64,000 bases of DNA from an uncultured Gemmatimonadales bacterium. Its GTDB lineage: Bacteria > Gemmatimonadota > Gemmatimonadetes > Gemmatimonadales > Gemmatimonadaceae. Numbering within the stretch: position 1 is the first letter of the stretch; each line of letters starts with the position of its first letter. Both the position numbers and the translations under genes were made by a program. The notes beneath the pieces were generated by a model. It ran no database searches and was not told the origin of the DNA. It saw only the letters and a list, made by a program, of their open reading frames with translations. Positions 41,885-51,466 of this stretch are shown one piece after another. The stretch spans positions 4,512,001-4,576,000 of the forward strand of contig OY969695.1 of the NCBI GenBank assembly GCA_963701965.1. The letters are read 5' to 3'.

Positions 41885-42883
41885 TTAGCGCTCGAACGTC
41901 GCGGTCGCGCCCGGATAGTCGAGGGTCACACGGAAGGAGCGGAGCACCGAGCCGCCTAGCGCGCCCTCCACGCGGCGGTCCATCCACTGTGACATGAACT
42001 GGTGGAAGTTCTTGTCCGGGCGCATCGTAAACCACGCGGGCCCGACCGCGTACCCGCCGACGTGTATTTCGGGGACCAGGATCATCGGCATGTCGAGCAC
42101 GCGGTCCGCGTGCTCGACGACGCGCCAGTCGGGGTGCCGCTGCCGCCACCGCTCGAAGACGTTCTGCGCGATGAAGCTCGTGCCCCGTTCCTGGGGCTCG
42201 CCGTCGCCGCGCAGCGCTGCCCACGCCGCGTCCGTCAGAGTGACCGTGGCGCCGGTGTCGAAGAGGAGGTCGAGGGAGTCGCCGTCGATCTCCACGCGGA
42301 TCCGCGGGAACTGCGTCGTCCGTTGGCAGGCGGAGTCGACCTGGAAGCCGAGCCGCACCCCATGTGGGTCGCGCGTGCGCGCGCCGGTGGCGGAGGCCGC
42401 CGCCATCCCGTCGCCGACGAGGGCGAGCGTGTGGCCCAGATAATCGAGGCGCCAGACGCGGTCGGCGAACCACGTGCGTCCGAGGAACCCGTCGCCGCCC
42501 AAGGCGTACTCCGGTGCTAGCACCAGGAATTTTGCCCCGATTGGCGATGCCGGGCCGGGCAGCGGAATGGAGGTCCCCGCCCCCAGGGGCGGCAGCGCCA
42601 CGACCTGTATCGAGTCATTGCCCTGGCGCACCCAGTCAGCACGGAGCCCCAGACGCACGAGCGTCCGAGGGTAGAGCATGTTGACGCCGCTGCCCGTGTC
42701 GAGATACAGGAGCAGTGTGTCGCCCCGCGCGGTGACCGGCGCGGCGTACATGCGATCAGCGATGAATCGTGCGGGCAGCGCCCGGACGCGGCCAAGGTCG
42801 GGCTGCGCCAGGTGGCCAGGGTACGCCAACACGATCGAGGCCGCGGTGGCCGCGAGTGCAGAGTAGAGAATGGTCGTTCGCAT
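41885..42883 (-). CDS. Secreted two-domain retropepsin-like aspartyl protease
   Basis: Signal peptide; LYLDTGSG..DGFLG and LLFDTGAT..GALGG..VTLDY. Confidence 0.75.
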   Translation of the reverse strand: MRTTILYSALAATAASIVLAYPGHLAQPDLGRVRALPARFIADRMYAAPVTARGDTLLLYLDTGSGVNMLYPRTLVRLGLRADWVRQGNDSIQVVALPPLGAGTSIPLPGPASPIGAKFLVLAPEYALGGDGFLGRTWFADRVWRLDYLGHTLALVGDGMAAASATGARTRDPHGVRLGFQVDSACQRTTQFPRIRVEIDGDSLDLLFDTGATVTLTDAAWAALRGDGEPQERGTSFIAQNVFERWRQRHPDWRVVEHADRVLDMPMILVPEIHVGGYAVGPAWFTMRPDKNFHQFMSQWMDRRVEGALGGSVLRSFRVTLDYPGATATFER

Positions 42884-43215
42884 GGGTATTCGACACCCGG
42901 CCAAGTCACACGATTGGGTTGGCCGTCCGAAGTCGACGGCTTACGACGAGCCAAAATCTGGGTATGTCTACGGAACCTGTGTCCGCCCGGTTTCGAGCTC
43001 GCTCGAGCGGTTCTCGCCGTTTTGTCGGGCGACTCGCAGTGAACGATACGGCGACGGCCGCCGACGCTCTGCGCCGCGTTCCCGAGTGAAAATGGCAGCT
43101 ACGTTACGACCACCGACACTACAGAGAACCGTTCTGAGGCGCTATAGCCAGTCGAGATTGGTTGAGCCCTCCACGGTGAGTGGTGAATATTGGGCACTCA
43201 CCATCAGGGGCGACC

Positions 43216-44103
43216 ATGCGTACTCTATGTCTCGCTGCGGCGCTCACGCTCTCGGCGTCCCCCGCCGCGCTTCGCACACACGACTCGAACCGGATCACGA
43301 TTCTCTACAATGCCTTCGGCGTCGCCCCCGGTCTCACGCGAGACTGGGGGTTCTCGGCGCTGATCGAGTACCAGGGCAAGCGGATCCTGTTCGACGCGGG
43401 GAACAACGCCGAGATCTTTGCCCGCAACGTGCGCGCACTGCACGTCGATCTCCGACGACTGGATTTCGTCGTGATCTCCCACCGTCACGGCGATCACACC
43501 GCGGGGCTGAGCTACCTGCTGCAGGTCAACCCCGGCGTCCGCGTGTATGCGCCCAAGGAATCGTTCGGCGTGTTCGGCGCGGCCCTGCCGGGCACGTTCT
43601 ACCGCCGCGACTCCACCTTGCCGCCGCGCATGCGCTATTTCGCCGGCGAGCCGCCCGAAGAATTGCGGTTCGGCACGCCCTGGCCCGCGGGCCATTTCGT
43701 GTGGGTCGACACCCTCACCGAGATCGCGCCCGGCCTCTCGATCATCTCCACCGTCTCGCAAACACCCGGCACGCTGGAGCTCCGCGAGCTGTCGCTCGCC
43801 ATTCGCACCCCACAGGGCCTCATCCTCGTCGTGGGTTGCTCGCACCCCGGCATCGAGACCATCGTGCAGGCCTCGGCGCCGCTCGGCGACCACGTGCACC
43901 GGATCTTCGGCGGTCTGCACTTAGTGACGACTCCAGACGCCGAGATCGCCCGGATCGCCGGCGCACTGCACGACCGCTGGCGCGTGGACGCCATAGCGCC
44001 CGGGCACTGCACTGGTGAACCCGCCTTCGCGACGCTCCGGCGCGTGTTCGGGGACCGCTATGGCTACGCCGGACTGGGCGAAGTGATCGCACTGGACGAC
44101 TGA
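43216..44103 (+). CDS. Secreted MBL-fold metallo-hydrolase
   Basis: WGFSALIE, LFDAG, SHRHGDH, GCSHPG, GGLHL, PGHCTG; signal peptide. Confidence 0.9.
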   Translation: MRTLCLAAALTLSASPAALRTHDSNRITILYNAFGVAPGLTRDWGFSALIEYQGKRILFDAGNNAEIFARNVRALHVDLRRLDFVVISHRHGDHTAGLSYLLQVNPGVRVYAPKESFGVFGAALPGTFYRRDSTLPPRMRYFAGEPPEELRFGTPWPAGHFVWVDTLTEIAPGLSIISTVSQTPGTLELRELSLAIRTPQGLILVVGCSHPGIETIVQASAPLGDHVHRIFGGLHLVTTPDAEIARIAGALHDRWRVDAIAPGHCTGEPAFATLRRVFGDRYGYAGLGEVIALDD

Positions 44104-44127
44104 CGCCCGCGCGGCGATTGTACGCGT

Positions 44128-44547
44128 GTGATTCGCGCCGCGACGCCCCAGGATGCCCCCGCGATCGCCGAGCTGCTTGGGCAGCTCGGGTATCCGACGC
44201 CGGTGCCCGACATCCCGCCGCGTCTCATGCGGTTGGCGGCGCGGGAGGGTGTGGCGTACCTCGCGGCGGACGGGGAGGCTGTTAATGGTCTCATCGCCGG
44301 CGAGCGGTTGGTGCCGCTGACGGGGCAGGACCCGGAGGTGATGCTGATGGCGCTCGTCGTGCGCAATGGGGTGCGCGGATCGGGCGTTGGGCGGGCGCTC
44401 GTCGAGGCGCTCGCGTCGTGGGGGCGGACGTTCGGCGCCGATAGGATCATGGTGACGACCCACGTGAGGCGCGCCGACGCGCACGCGTTCTACGAGCGGC
44501 TCGGTTTCGAGTTCACGGGACGCCGTTACGTCCGGCGGCCACTGTAG
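44128..44547 (+). CDS. GNAT family N-acetyltransferase
   Basis: LLGQLGY, RGSGVGRAL, AHAFYERLGF. Confidence 0.9.
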   Translation: MIRAATPQDAPAIAELLGQLGYPTPVPDIPPRLMRLAAREGVAYLAADGEAVNGLIAGERLVPLTGQDPEVMLMALVVRNGVRGSGVGRALVEALASWGRTFGADRIMVTTHVRRADAHAFYERLGFEFTGRRYVRRPL

Positions 44548-44808
44548 CGCCCTCGTTGGCGTGCGCTGTCGCGTTTCGCGCCGCCGTATTGTGTAACACA
44601 TTCAGCTCGCGGCGCCGCGCGGTCTTTCGCGGCTGAACGCGTGGTCGCCGGTCAAGTTTTCCGCGCCAATCACCACCCGTCATTCCGTCAGGTATCTGCC
44701 ATTTTTCGTGCCGCACTGTTGACGTGACGGTGCGTATATCGGGCAGTCATGACTGTGCGAACGCGATGAGCGATCGCTGCGCGCCCTCCCGCCACGAGAC
44801 GAGTCGTC

Positions 44809-47412
44809 ATGATTGCGCTCCCGAATCTCAAAAAGCGCGTCCCGGATAACGGGGCGCCCAGCGCGCCCGCCTACGATGCGGCGGCGTTGGAGGCGCTGGT
44901 GCGCCGCGCCGAGTCCGCCGCCGGGGAGCTCCGCGCGTTGGACGCGCGCGCGGCGCAGGTGGCGGCGATGGAAGAGCGCATGACCCGACTTGCCGCGGCG
45001 CTCGCCGGCGCCGACCGCGTGGCCACGCAACTGGCGACGCTCGAGGAGCGCACCACGCGCCTCGGCACCGCGCACGAGCGGGCCCAGACGCAGCTCTCCG
45101 CGGCGACGGCCGACGTCGAGCGCGTGCGCGGCGCCTGCGGCACGCTGATCTCGAAAGTCGACTCCGCCCTCGAGCTGCGCGACCAACTCGACCGCCTGCT
45201 GGCGCTCCAGCCGCGGCTCGACGCGCTCCGCGGCGAGGCCGACGCGATGACGGGTGAGATGGGCGACCTGACGGAGCACGTCGGTCGCCTCCGCGCGTTG
45301 CACGAAGACGTGTTGCGCGCCCATAAGCACGCGACGTCGCGCCTCGACGGCATGGACCAGCGCTGGCAGGCGACGGGCAGCAAGATGGACCAGATCGAGC
45401 GCCGCGCATCGTCCGCCGAGCAGGCGCTCGACTCGCTGCTCCGTATCGCCAGCGGCATTCCCGACGTGCAGCACCAGCTCGCCGTGCTCAAAGCGATCGC
45501 CGAGCAGGTCGCGCAAAAGACCGCCGTGCTGGAACAGCAGCGCGACGTCGTCGACCGGGCCGCGAACCAGGTGGCTCACGTCGTGGCCCTCACCGGGCAG
45601 CTCGAGAGCTCCGTGCGCCGGCAAGACGAGCAGGCGCGCTCCTTGAGCGCGCTCGATGCCCGGATGTCCGAAGTGCAAGCGATGCACGCCAAAGTGCTCG
45701 GCCGCTCCGAGGAGATCTTGAGCGGCCAGCGGGAGCTGGACGAGACCGAGCGCGAGGCGACGCGGGTGCTGGCCGATCTCAAAGGCGAGATGCGCACCAG
45801 CATCGAGCGGTTCGAGCTGGAGAATCGCACGCTGGACGCCGTCAGCGAGCGGATCGCCGAGCTGCGGGGCGGCGTCAAGGAATGCGAGACGCGGATCACG
45901 GCGCTCGACGCCACGACGCGGGCCGTGGCCGACACCGAGGCCCGCGCCCGCGCGCTGGCGGCGCAGGTCACAGGCGTGGGCGAAGACGTGCACCGGATCG
46001 CGGCGCAAGCCGACAAGCTCCGGGCGGTGCGCGACAATGTCGGGCAGTTGGAGCGGCAGTTGGACGACATGTCGCAGCGCATGGACCGCGTGGAGAAAGT
46101 GCGGCCGCTCGTCGATGGAATCACGCGCGATCTGGCGACGCTCAACGGGACGCACGAGTCGATTCGTGATGGGCTGGAGCAGGTGCGCGTCGCCTATGCC
46201 GAGATGACGCGGTTGCGCGAGCGCCAGGGCGAAACGGACGCGTGGCTGGCCGAGGCGGACGAGCGGACCACGAGCCTCATGGCGCACGTCGCCGAGCTCG
46301 AGCGCATGCGGCCGGGCATGGACGCGCTGCGGGGACAGGTCGACCATCTCACGTCGGCAATGGCATCGCTGGATGAGCGGCGCGGCGTGGTCGATGCGCT
46401 GTACCAGCGCATGGGCGAGCTCGAGTCCACCGTGTCGCAGCTGGACGAGCGCAGTGAGAACGTGCGGCAGCGGATGGACGCGGCCGAGGGGCGGTTTACC
46501 GATCTGTCGCGCCAGGCGGCCGAAGCGCAGCGTGTCGCCGCGACGATTGCGTCGGTGACGACGGCGGTCGAGTCGGCGGAACGGCGCATGCGCACCGTGA
46601 ACGGCACCATCGAGGGCGTCGAGTCGAAGGCACAAGCGCTCGATGGGTTGGGGGAGCGGATGCGGTTGCTCGGCCAGGAGTTGGAGCAGCGCCAAGGGGC
46701 GCTCGACAAGGCGACCGAGCATCTGGCGCGGGCCTCGGACGTGCGGCGCGAGGCGGCCGACGCGGCCCAGCATCTCGACGATCTCACGCGCGGCATCGCC
46801 GGGCAGTTGGCGGCGGCCAATGGGCGCGCCACGTCGCTGGAGCAGATCCTCCAAGGCCTCGACGGACGCGTGGCGTCGCTGGGCGACGTCGAGAAACGCA
46901 TGGCGCGGTTCGAGGAGCTGCTCGGCCGGTGGGAGTCGGCGCAGGCCTTGGCGGCCAATGCGCTGGAGCAGATCGTCAGCCGGCAGGCAATGGTCAATGC
47001 AGTGCAGGCGCAGATCACGCACGCGTCCGAGATCGCCGAGCGGACGGCCGAGAATGTCCGGTCGATCACGGCGTCGCGGCAGGAGATCGAAGAGACCCGG
47101 GGCATCCTGGAGACCACCCGCGAGCAGCTGCGCGGGGCGACGGAGACCATGCGGGATCTCAGCGATCGGCGGCGGCAGCTCGACGAGCTCGAGGGCCGGC
47201 TGGCGCGCGCCGACGCGCTCGCGGTCAGCGTGCGCTCTACGATCGAAGTCATTGCGGCACAGCGCTCGGTGGTCGACCAGGTCCTGGAACGGTCTGGCAC
47301 GCTCGCCTTCCAAATGAAGCAGGCCGAGAATCTGGCGGAAGCCTTGCGCACCGAGTGCCTCCTGGCCGCCCAGCTGCGCTCGACGGTCGAGGAGCTCCGG
47401 CGGGACAGCTAG
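44809..47412 (+). CDS. Long coiled-coil protein of unknown function (867 aa)
   Basis: Near-continuous A/E/L/R/Q heptads; no Walker motifs or TM segment seen. Confidence 0.85.
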   Translation: MIALPNLKKRVPDNGAPSAPAYDAAALEALVRRAESAAGELRALDARAAQVAAMEERMTRLAAALAGADRVATQLATLEERTTRLGTAHERAQTQLSAATADVERVRGACGTLISKVDSALELRDQLDRLLALQPRLDALRGEADAMTGEMGDLTEHVGRLRALHEDVLRAHKHATSRLDGMDQRWQATGSKMDQIERRASSAEQALDSLLRIASGIPDVQHQLAVLKAIAEQVAQKTAVLEQQRDVVDRAANQVAHVVALTGQLESSVRRQDEQARSLSALDARMSEVQAMHAKVLGRSEEILSGQRELDETEREATRVLADLKGEMRTSIERFELENRTLDAVSERIAELRGGVKECETRITALDATTRAVADTEARARALAAQVTGVGEDVHRIAAQADKLRAVRDNVGQLERQLDDMSQRMDRVEKVRPLVDGITRDLATLNGTHESIRDGLEQVRVAYAEMTRLRERQGETDAWLAEADERTTSLMAHVAELERMRPGMDALRGQVDHLTSAMASLDERRGVVDALYQRMGELESTVSQLDERSENVRQRMDAAEGRFTDLSRQAAEAQRVAATIASVTTAVESAERRMRTVNGTIEGVESKAQALDGLGERMRLLGQELEQRQGALDKATEHLARASDVRREAADAAQHLDDLTRGIAGQLAAANGRATSLEQILQGLDGRVASLGDVEKRMARFEELLGRWESAQALAANALEQIVSRQAMVNAVQAQITHASEIAERTAENVRSITASRQEIEETRGILETTREQLRGATETMRDLSDRRRQLDELEGRLARADALAVSVRSTIEVIAAQRSVVDQVLERSGTLAFQMKQAENLAEALRTECLLAAQLRSTVEELRRDS

Positions 47413-47424
47413 GCGCGCCGAGAA

Positions 47425-47667
47425 GGCGCCGCGAGGGGCAGGGGGCTGGGCTTTTGACGAGCCGCAGGCGCCGCGCGGGGCACGGGGGCTGGCCGTGTGC
47501 AGGGCGCAGCGGCTCAGCCGCCTGCGCTTCAAACCGAGTGGCCTTTTGACGAGCCGTGGGCGCCGCGCGGGGCACGGGGCTGGCCGTGTGCAGGGCGCAG
47601 CGGCTCAGCCGCCTGCGCTTCAAACCGACTGGCCTTTTGACGAGCCGCAGGCGAGTCAAAACGGCCG
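47425..47667. repeat. Tandem ~92-bp palindromic (REP-like) repeats
   Basis: Near-identical units at 47451-47542 and 47543-47633, with partial copies on both sides. Confidence 0.9.
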
Positions 47668-47727
47668 GCGCGTTTCGTCCGATACGTCTAATCGTCTGGA
47701 GATTATCACTAAATGGAGAGAGGGGAG

Positions 47728-48708
47728 ATGACACGACAGAGCCTCGCGGGGATACGGGTCGCCGCGGGTATGGCGCTTTCCGTCGCCGTGATGAGCGCAT
47801 GCGCCCACCACGCGCGCCAACACGTTGTCGCCGCACGCGTCGCACCGGTCGATAGCACGCCCGCCGCGGCACCAGCCGCGCCGCCGGCTGCCGCTCCGGC
47901 CGCCGAGGTCGCGGCGACACCCGCGCCCGCGCCCGCCGCACCGGCGCCGTCCACCTTCGCGCACAGCCTCGCGCTGACCAAAGAGCGCGGATCCCGCTCG
48001 CAGGTGCGAAAGGGCGAACACGCCGCCGCGCCGTATATCGATCGCGACGGCGGTCCCAAGAACGCTGGCATGATCCTCGGGTCGAGCGAGATCTCCGGCA
48101 TTCAAGCGATCGCCCCGCGCGAGCCCTACATGCTCCACGAGGTGCTGTATATCCGCATGCCCAAGGGCGTCACCCCGACCGTCGGGATGCGCCTCTCCAC
48201 CGTGGAGCTCGGCCCCGAGTTCGAGAGCCGCGGTCAAGTCATGGTCCCGAGCGGAGAGCTCGTCGTGGTTGCCGCTGGCGGCGACGCCGAAGCGACCAGC
48301 GCCGAGATCGTGCAGCAGTTCGGTGAAATCGAGCCCGACCATCTGGTGGTCCCGCTCGAGACGCCCGCCTATCCCCCCGTCGGCGACCGCGCCGTCGCCG
48401 CACCGGATGGCGTCAAAGGCTCCGTGCTCTGGGTGTCCAGCAACCCCGTACTGCCAAGCCTCGGCTACTACGTCGTGCTGACGCCAACGGAAGCCGACGG
48501 CGTGCGCCTCGGCGATCAGTTCTCGATCATCCGACCGCGGATGCGCGATGAAGCGACCGGTCTTTGGCTCCCCGAGCAGGACATCGCCACCACGCAAGTC
48601 GTGCGCGTCGGACCCAAGAGCGTGACCGCCGTGGTCATCGCGCAGACAATGCCCGCGATCATGGCTGGTGATGCCGTGCGGCTAACCGCGCGGATGGCCG
48701 CGCGATAG
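47728..48708 (+). CDS. Putative lipoprotein with Pro/Ala linker and beta-rich C-terminal domains
   Basis: MSAC lipobox-like; long PAAAP linker; GGAG RBS. Confidence 0.75.
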   Translation: MTRQSLAGIRVAAGMALSVAVMSACAHHARQHVVAARVAPVDSTPAAAPAAPPAAAPAAEVAATPAPAPAAPAPSTFAHSLALTKERGSRSQVRKGEHAAAPYIDRDGGPKNAGMILGSSEISGIQAIAPREPYMLHEVLYIRMPKGVTPTVGMRLSTVELGPEFESRGQVMVPSGELVVVAAGGDAEATSAEIVQQFGEIEPDHLVVPLETPAYPPVGDRAVAAPDGVKGSVLWVSSNPVLPSLGYYVVLTPTEADGVRLGDQFSIIRPRMRDEATGLWLPEQDIATTQVVRVGPKSVTAVVIAQTMPAIMAGDAVRLTARMAAR

Positions 48709-48774
48709 GCGAATTGACGTAGTCCGGAGAGGCGGCGCGCCCGGGCGGCCCTGGTTACATTAGACCGGGACGCC

Positions 48775-49587
48775 ATGATTGCGACCGCCCTCTTCTGTGC
48801 CGTCCTCTGCTACGCCGCGGCCGTAGCGTTGGCGGCGATGCCATTTGCCCGCCCCGTCGGCGCGCCCGTACGCGCCGTCGTGGCGGTCTTGGGGACCGGT
48901 GTCGCTGCCCACCTCGCCGCCGTGATGACCGCGGCCTGGCTGTCCGGTCAGCTCCCCCTCATGGGCTTGGGACCGGCCCTCTCGTTCGCCGCGCTGGCCC
49001 TGGCCACCGCCGTGCTGGTCGTCGAGCTCCTCGCCCACGAAGTCACGCTCACCCTGGTCGCCGTCCCCCTGGCCGCCGTCGCCACGGGCGCGGCCGCCGT
49101 GCTGTGGCAAAGCGCCGGCCCGGACGTCCTTCCTACGGGCCTCCGCGGCGCCTGGCTGGCCGCGCACATCGCCCTGTCGTTCGCCGGCATCGCGGCCCTG
49201 GGCACCGCCGGCGCCGCCGGCGCGCTGTACCTGATCGAACGCCACCAACTCAAGGCCCGGCGGTTCGGCGCCGTGTTCCGCCTCTTTCCGCCACTCGAGA
49301 CCCTCGATCGCGTGAACCACATCGGCGGCGTCACCGCGTGGATCGCGCTGACGGGCGGCGTGGCCCTCGCGGTGTCCTATTCGGCGACCTACCACGTCGC
49401 CGATCTCTCGCAGATCCTGTGGGGCGTAGGGGCGTGGGTCGCCGCCAGTGCGGTCGCGCTGGGCCGCATCGTCGGCGGCTGGCAGGCCCGGCGCGCCGCG
49501 GTCGTCGCCAGCGTCGCCTTCGCGCTCGTCATCGCCTCGTACGTCGCGGCCCGGGCGCTGGCGGCCCGGCCCGGTCAGTTCTTGTGA
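48775..49587 (+). CDS. Cytochrome c assembly membrane protein (CcsA/HemX-like)
   Basis: About 8 TM helices, WLAAH, L..RRFG..F..FPPLETLD; upstream of hemA. Confidence 0.8.
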   Translation: MIATALFCAVLCYAAAVALAAMPFARPVGAPVRAVVAVLGTGVAAHLAAVMTAAWLSGQLPLMGLGPALSFAALALATAVLVVELLAHEVTLTLVAVPLAAVATGAAAVLWQSAGPDVLPTGLRGAWLAAHIALSFAGIAALGTAGAAGALYLIERHQLKARRFGAVFRLFPPLETLDRVNHIGGVTAWIALTGGVALAVSYSATYHVADLSQILWGVGAWVAASAVALGRIVGGWQARRAAVVASVAFALVIASYVAARALAARPGQFL

Positions 49588-50195
49588 GCGCGTATCCCCT
49601 CGTGATCGACGGGACGCGCATCCGGGCGCTGGTTGTCGGTGGCGGCGCCGTCGCCCACCGCAAGGCCGCGGCCCTCGTCGAGGCGGGCGCGACGCTGCGT
49701 GTCGTGGCTCCGACGATCGCCGCGCCAATGCGCGACCTCGCCGCGGCGGCGCCGGCGCGTGTGAGCGTGATCGAGCGCCCGTATGCGGCGGCCGACATTG
49801 ATGATGCCACGCTGGTCGTGGCGGCCACCGACAGCCGGGACGTCAACGCGCGTGTGGCACGAGACGCGCGCGCCGCGGCGCGTCTTGTGAACGTCGCCGA
49901 CGAACCCGCCGACGGCGATTGGACGACGGCCGCGGTGCATCGCGCCGAGCCGCTGGTGATCGCCGTGACCGCCGGTGTGCCCGCCGCATCGGCGCGCGTT
50001 CGCGACGCCCTCGCCGGACGCTTCGACAGCCGCTATGCGCGCTCCCTCGGCGCGCTGGCCGCCCTTCGCCGTCGGCTCCTCGACGCCGCGGGCCCCGCCG
50101 CCTGGCGCGACGCCGAGCAGGCCCTCGTGGGCGCCGATTTCTGCGACGTCATCGAGCACGGGCAATTCGCATCCCGGCTGGCCGCATGGCAGTAA
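49584..50195 (+). CDS. Precorrin-2 dehydrogenase/sirohydrochlorin ferrochelatase (SirC/CysG-N-like)
   Basis: YP, VGGGAVAHRK, AATD..VN, VNVAD.P. Confidence 0.85.
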   Translation: MSAYPLVIDGTRIRALVVGGGAVAHRKAAALVEAGATLRVVAPTIAAPMRDLAAAAPARVSVIERPYAAADIDDATLVVAATDSRDVNARVARDARAAARLVNVADEPADGDWTTAAVHRAEPLVIAVTAGVPAASARVRDALAGRFDSRYARSLGALAALRRRLLDAAGPAAWRDAEQALVGADFCDVIEHGQFASRLAAWQ

Positions 50196-51466
50196 TCGTC
50201 GCCGGAATCAGTCATCGCACGGCGCCCATCGAGGTGCGGGAACGCTGCGTGTTCGGCCCCGCCGCCGTGGGACCGGCGCTGGCGGCCTTGCGGGCGCACG
50301 CCGAGGCCCGCGAAGTGGCCGTGCTGTCCACGTGCAATCGCACCGAGTTCTACGTCGTCGAGGGCGAACGCGACGCCGTTCCGGCCATCGCGGCGCTCCT
50401 GTCGGAGCGTTTGGGGGAGGACGCCGAGGCCCAAGTGCCGGCGGCCGTGTACGTCCGGCGCGATCGCGAAGCCGTGCAGCACCTGATGCGCGTGACGGCG
50501 GGACTCGACGCCATGATCGTCGGCGAAGCCCAGATTCAGGGTCAGGTACGGGACGCGTGGGAAGGCAGCCGCGCCTACACCGGACCCATTCTCAATCGGG
50601 CATTCCAGTCGTCGCTCTCTGTCGCCGGCCGTGTGCGCACCGAGACGGCAATTGGCCGCGGCGCCGCGTCCGTCAGCTCGGCCGCCGTGCAACTCGCCAA
50701 GCAGATCTTCGGGACGCTGCAGGGCCGTCCCGCGATGGTGCTCGGCGCCGGCGAGATGGCCGAGCTGGCCCTCGAGTGCCTGATCGGCGAAGGCGTGCGC
50801 GCGACGTTGGTGGCCAACCGCACGTTCGAGCGCGCCCAGATCCTCGCCCAGCGGCACGGCGCCACCGCCGTCCGCTACGAGGACTGTTGGCAGCGGTTGG
50901 TCGGCGTCGACGTGCTCCTGTGTTCGACGGCCGCGCCCCATCCGATCGTGCTGCCCGAGCACGTGCGGCCCGCGTTGGCCAGCCGTGGCGACCGGCCGTT
51001 GTGTATTCTGGACATCGCGCTCCCCCGCGACGTCGATCCCGCGGTGGGATCACTGGACAACGTATTCCTGTACGATCTCAATGATCTCCGCGCCGTCGTC
51101 GCCGCGAATATCGAGCGGCGGCGGGAGCAGTTGCCGACCGCCGAGCAGCTGATCGCGACGGAAGTCGAGAAGTTCTGGCAGTGGTTGGCCGGGCTCGCCG
51201 CCGTGCCCGTGGTGACCGATGTGCGGGCGGCGATGGAACGACTGCGCGAGGCCGAATTGTCCGCCGCATTGCGCCGGCTCGGGGATCTGACGCCCGAGCA
51301 ACGCGAGGCCATCGACCATTTCTCCAAGGCCCTGATGAACAAATTCCTTCACGAACCGTCCGTGCGCCTGCGCGCCGCGGCCGGCAACGGCCGCGGGCTC
51401 GGCATCGTCGATGCCGCCCGCTATCTGTTCGCCATCGACGAACCGTCCCACTCCGACGAATCGTGA
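50186..51466 (+). CDS. hemA: Glutamyl-tRNA reductase
   Basis: HRTAPIEVRE, STCNRTE, GEAQIQGQV, GAGEM, DIALPRD. Confidence 0.96.
   Translation: MAVIVAGISHRTAPIEVRERCVFGPAAVGPALAALRAHAEAREVAVLSTCNRTEFYVVEGERDAVPAIAALLSERLGEDAEAQVPAAVYVRRDREAVQHLMRVTAGLDAMIVGEAQIQGQVRDAWEGSRAYTGPILNRAFQSSLSVAGRVRTETAIGRGAASVSSAAVQLAKQIFGTLQGRPAMVLGAGEMAELALECLIGEGVRATLVANRTFERAQILAQRHGATAVRYEDCWQRLVGVDVLLCSTAAPHPIVLPEHVRPALASRGDRPLCILDIALPRDVDPAVGSLDNVFLYDLNDLRAVVAANIERRREQLPTAEQLIATEVEKFWQWLAGLAAVPVVTDVRAAMERLREAELSAALRRLGDLTPEQREAIDHFSKALMNKFLHEPSVRLRAAAGNGRGLGIVDAARYLFAIDEPSHSDES

Noticed and set aside
47451..47653. CRISPR array
   Set aside because: Intervening sequences are near-identical rather than unique spacers, and the window has no cas genes
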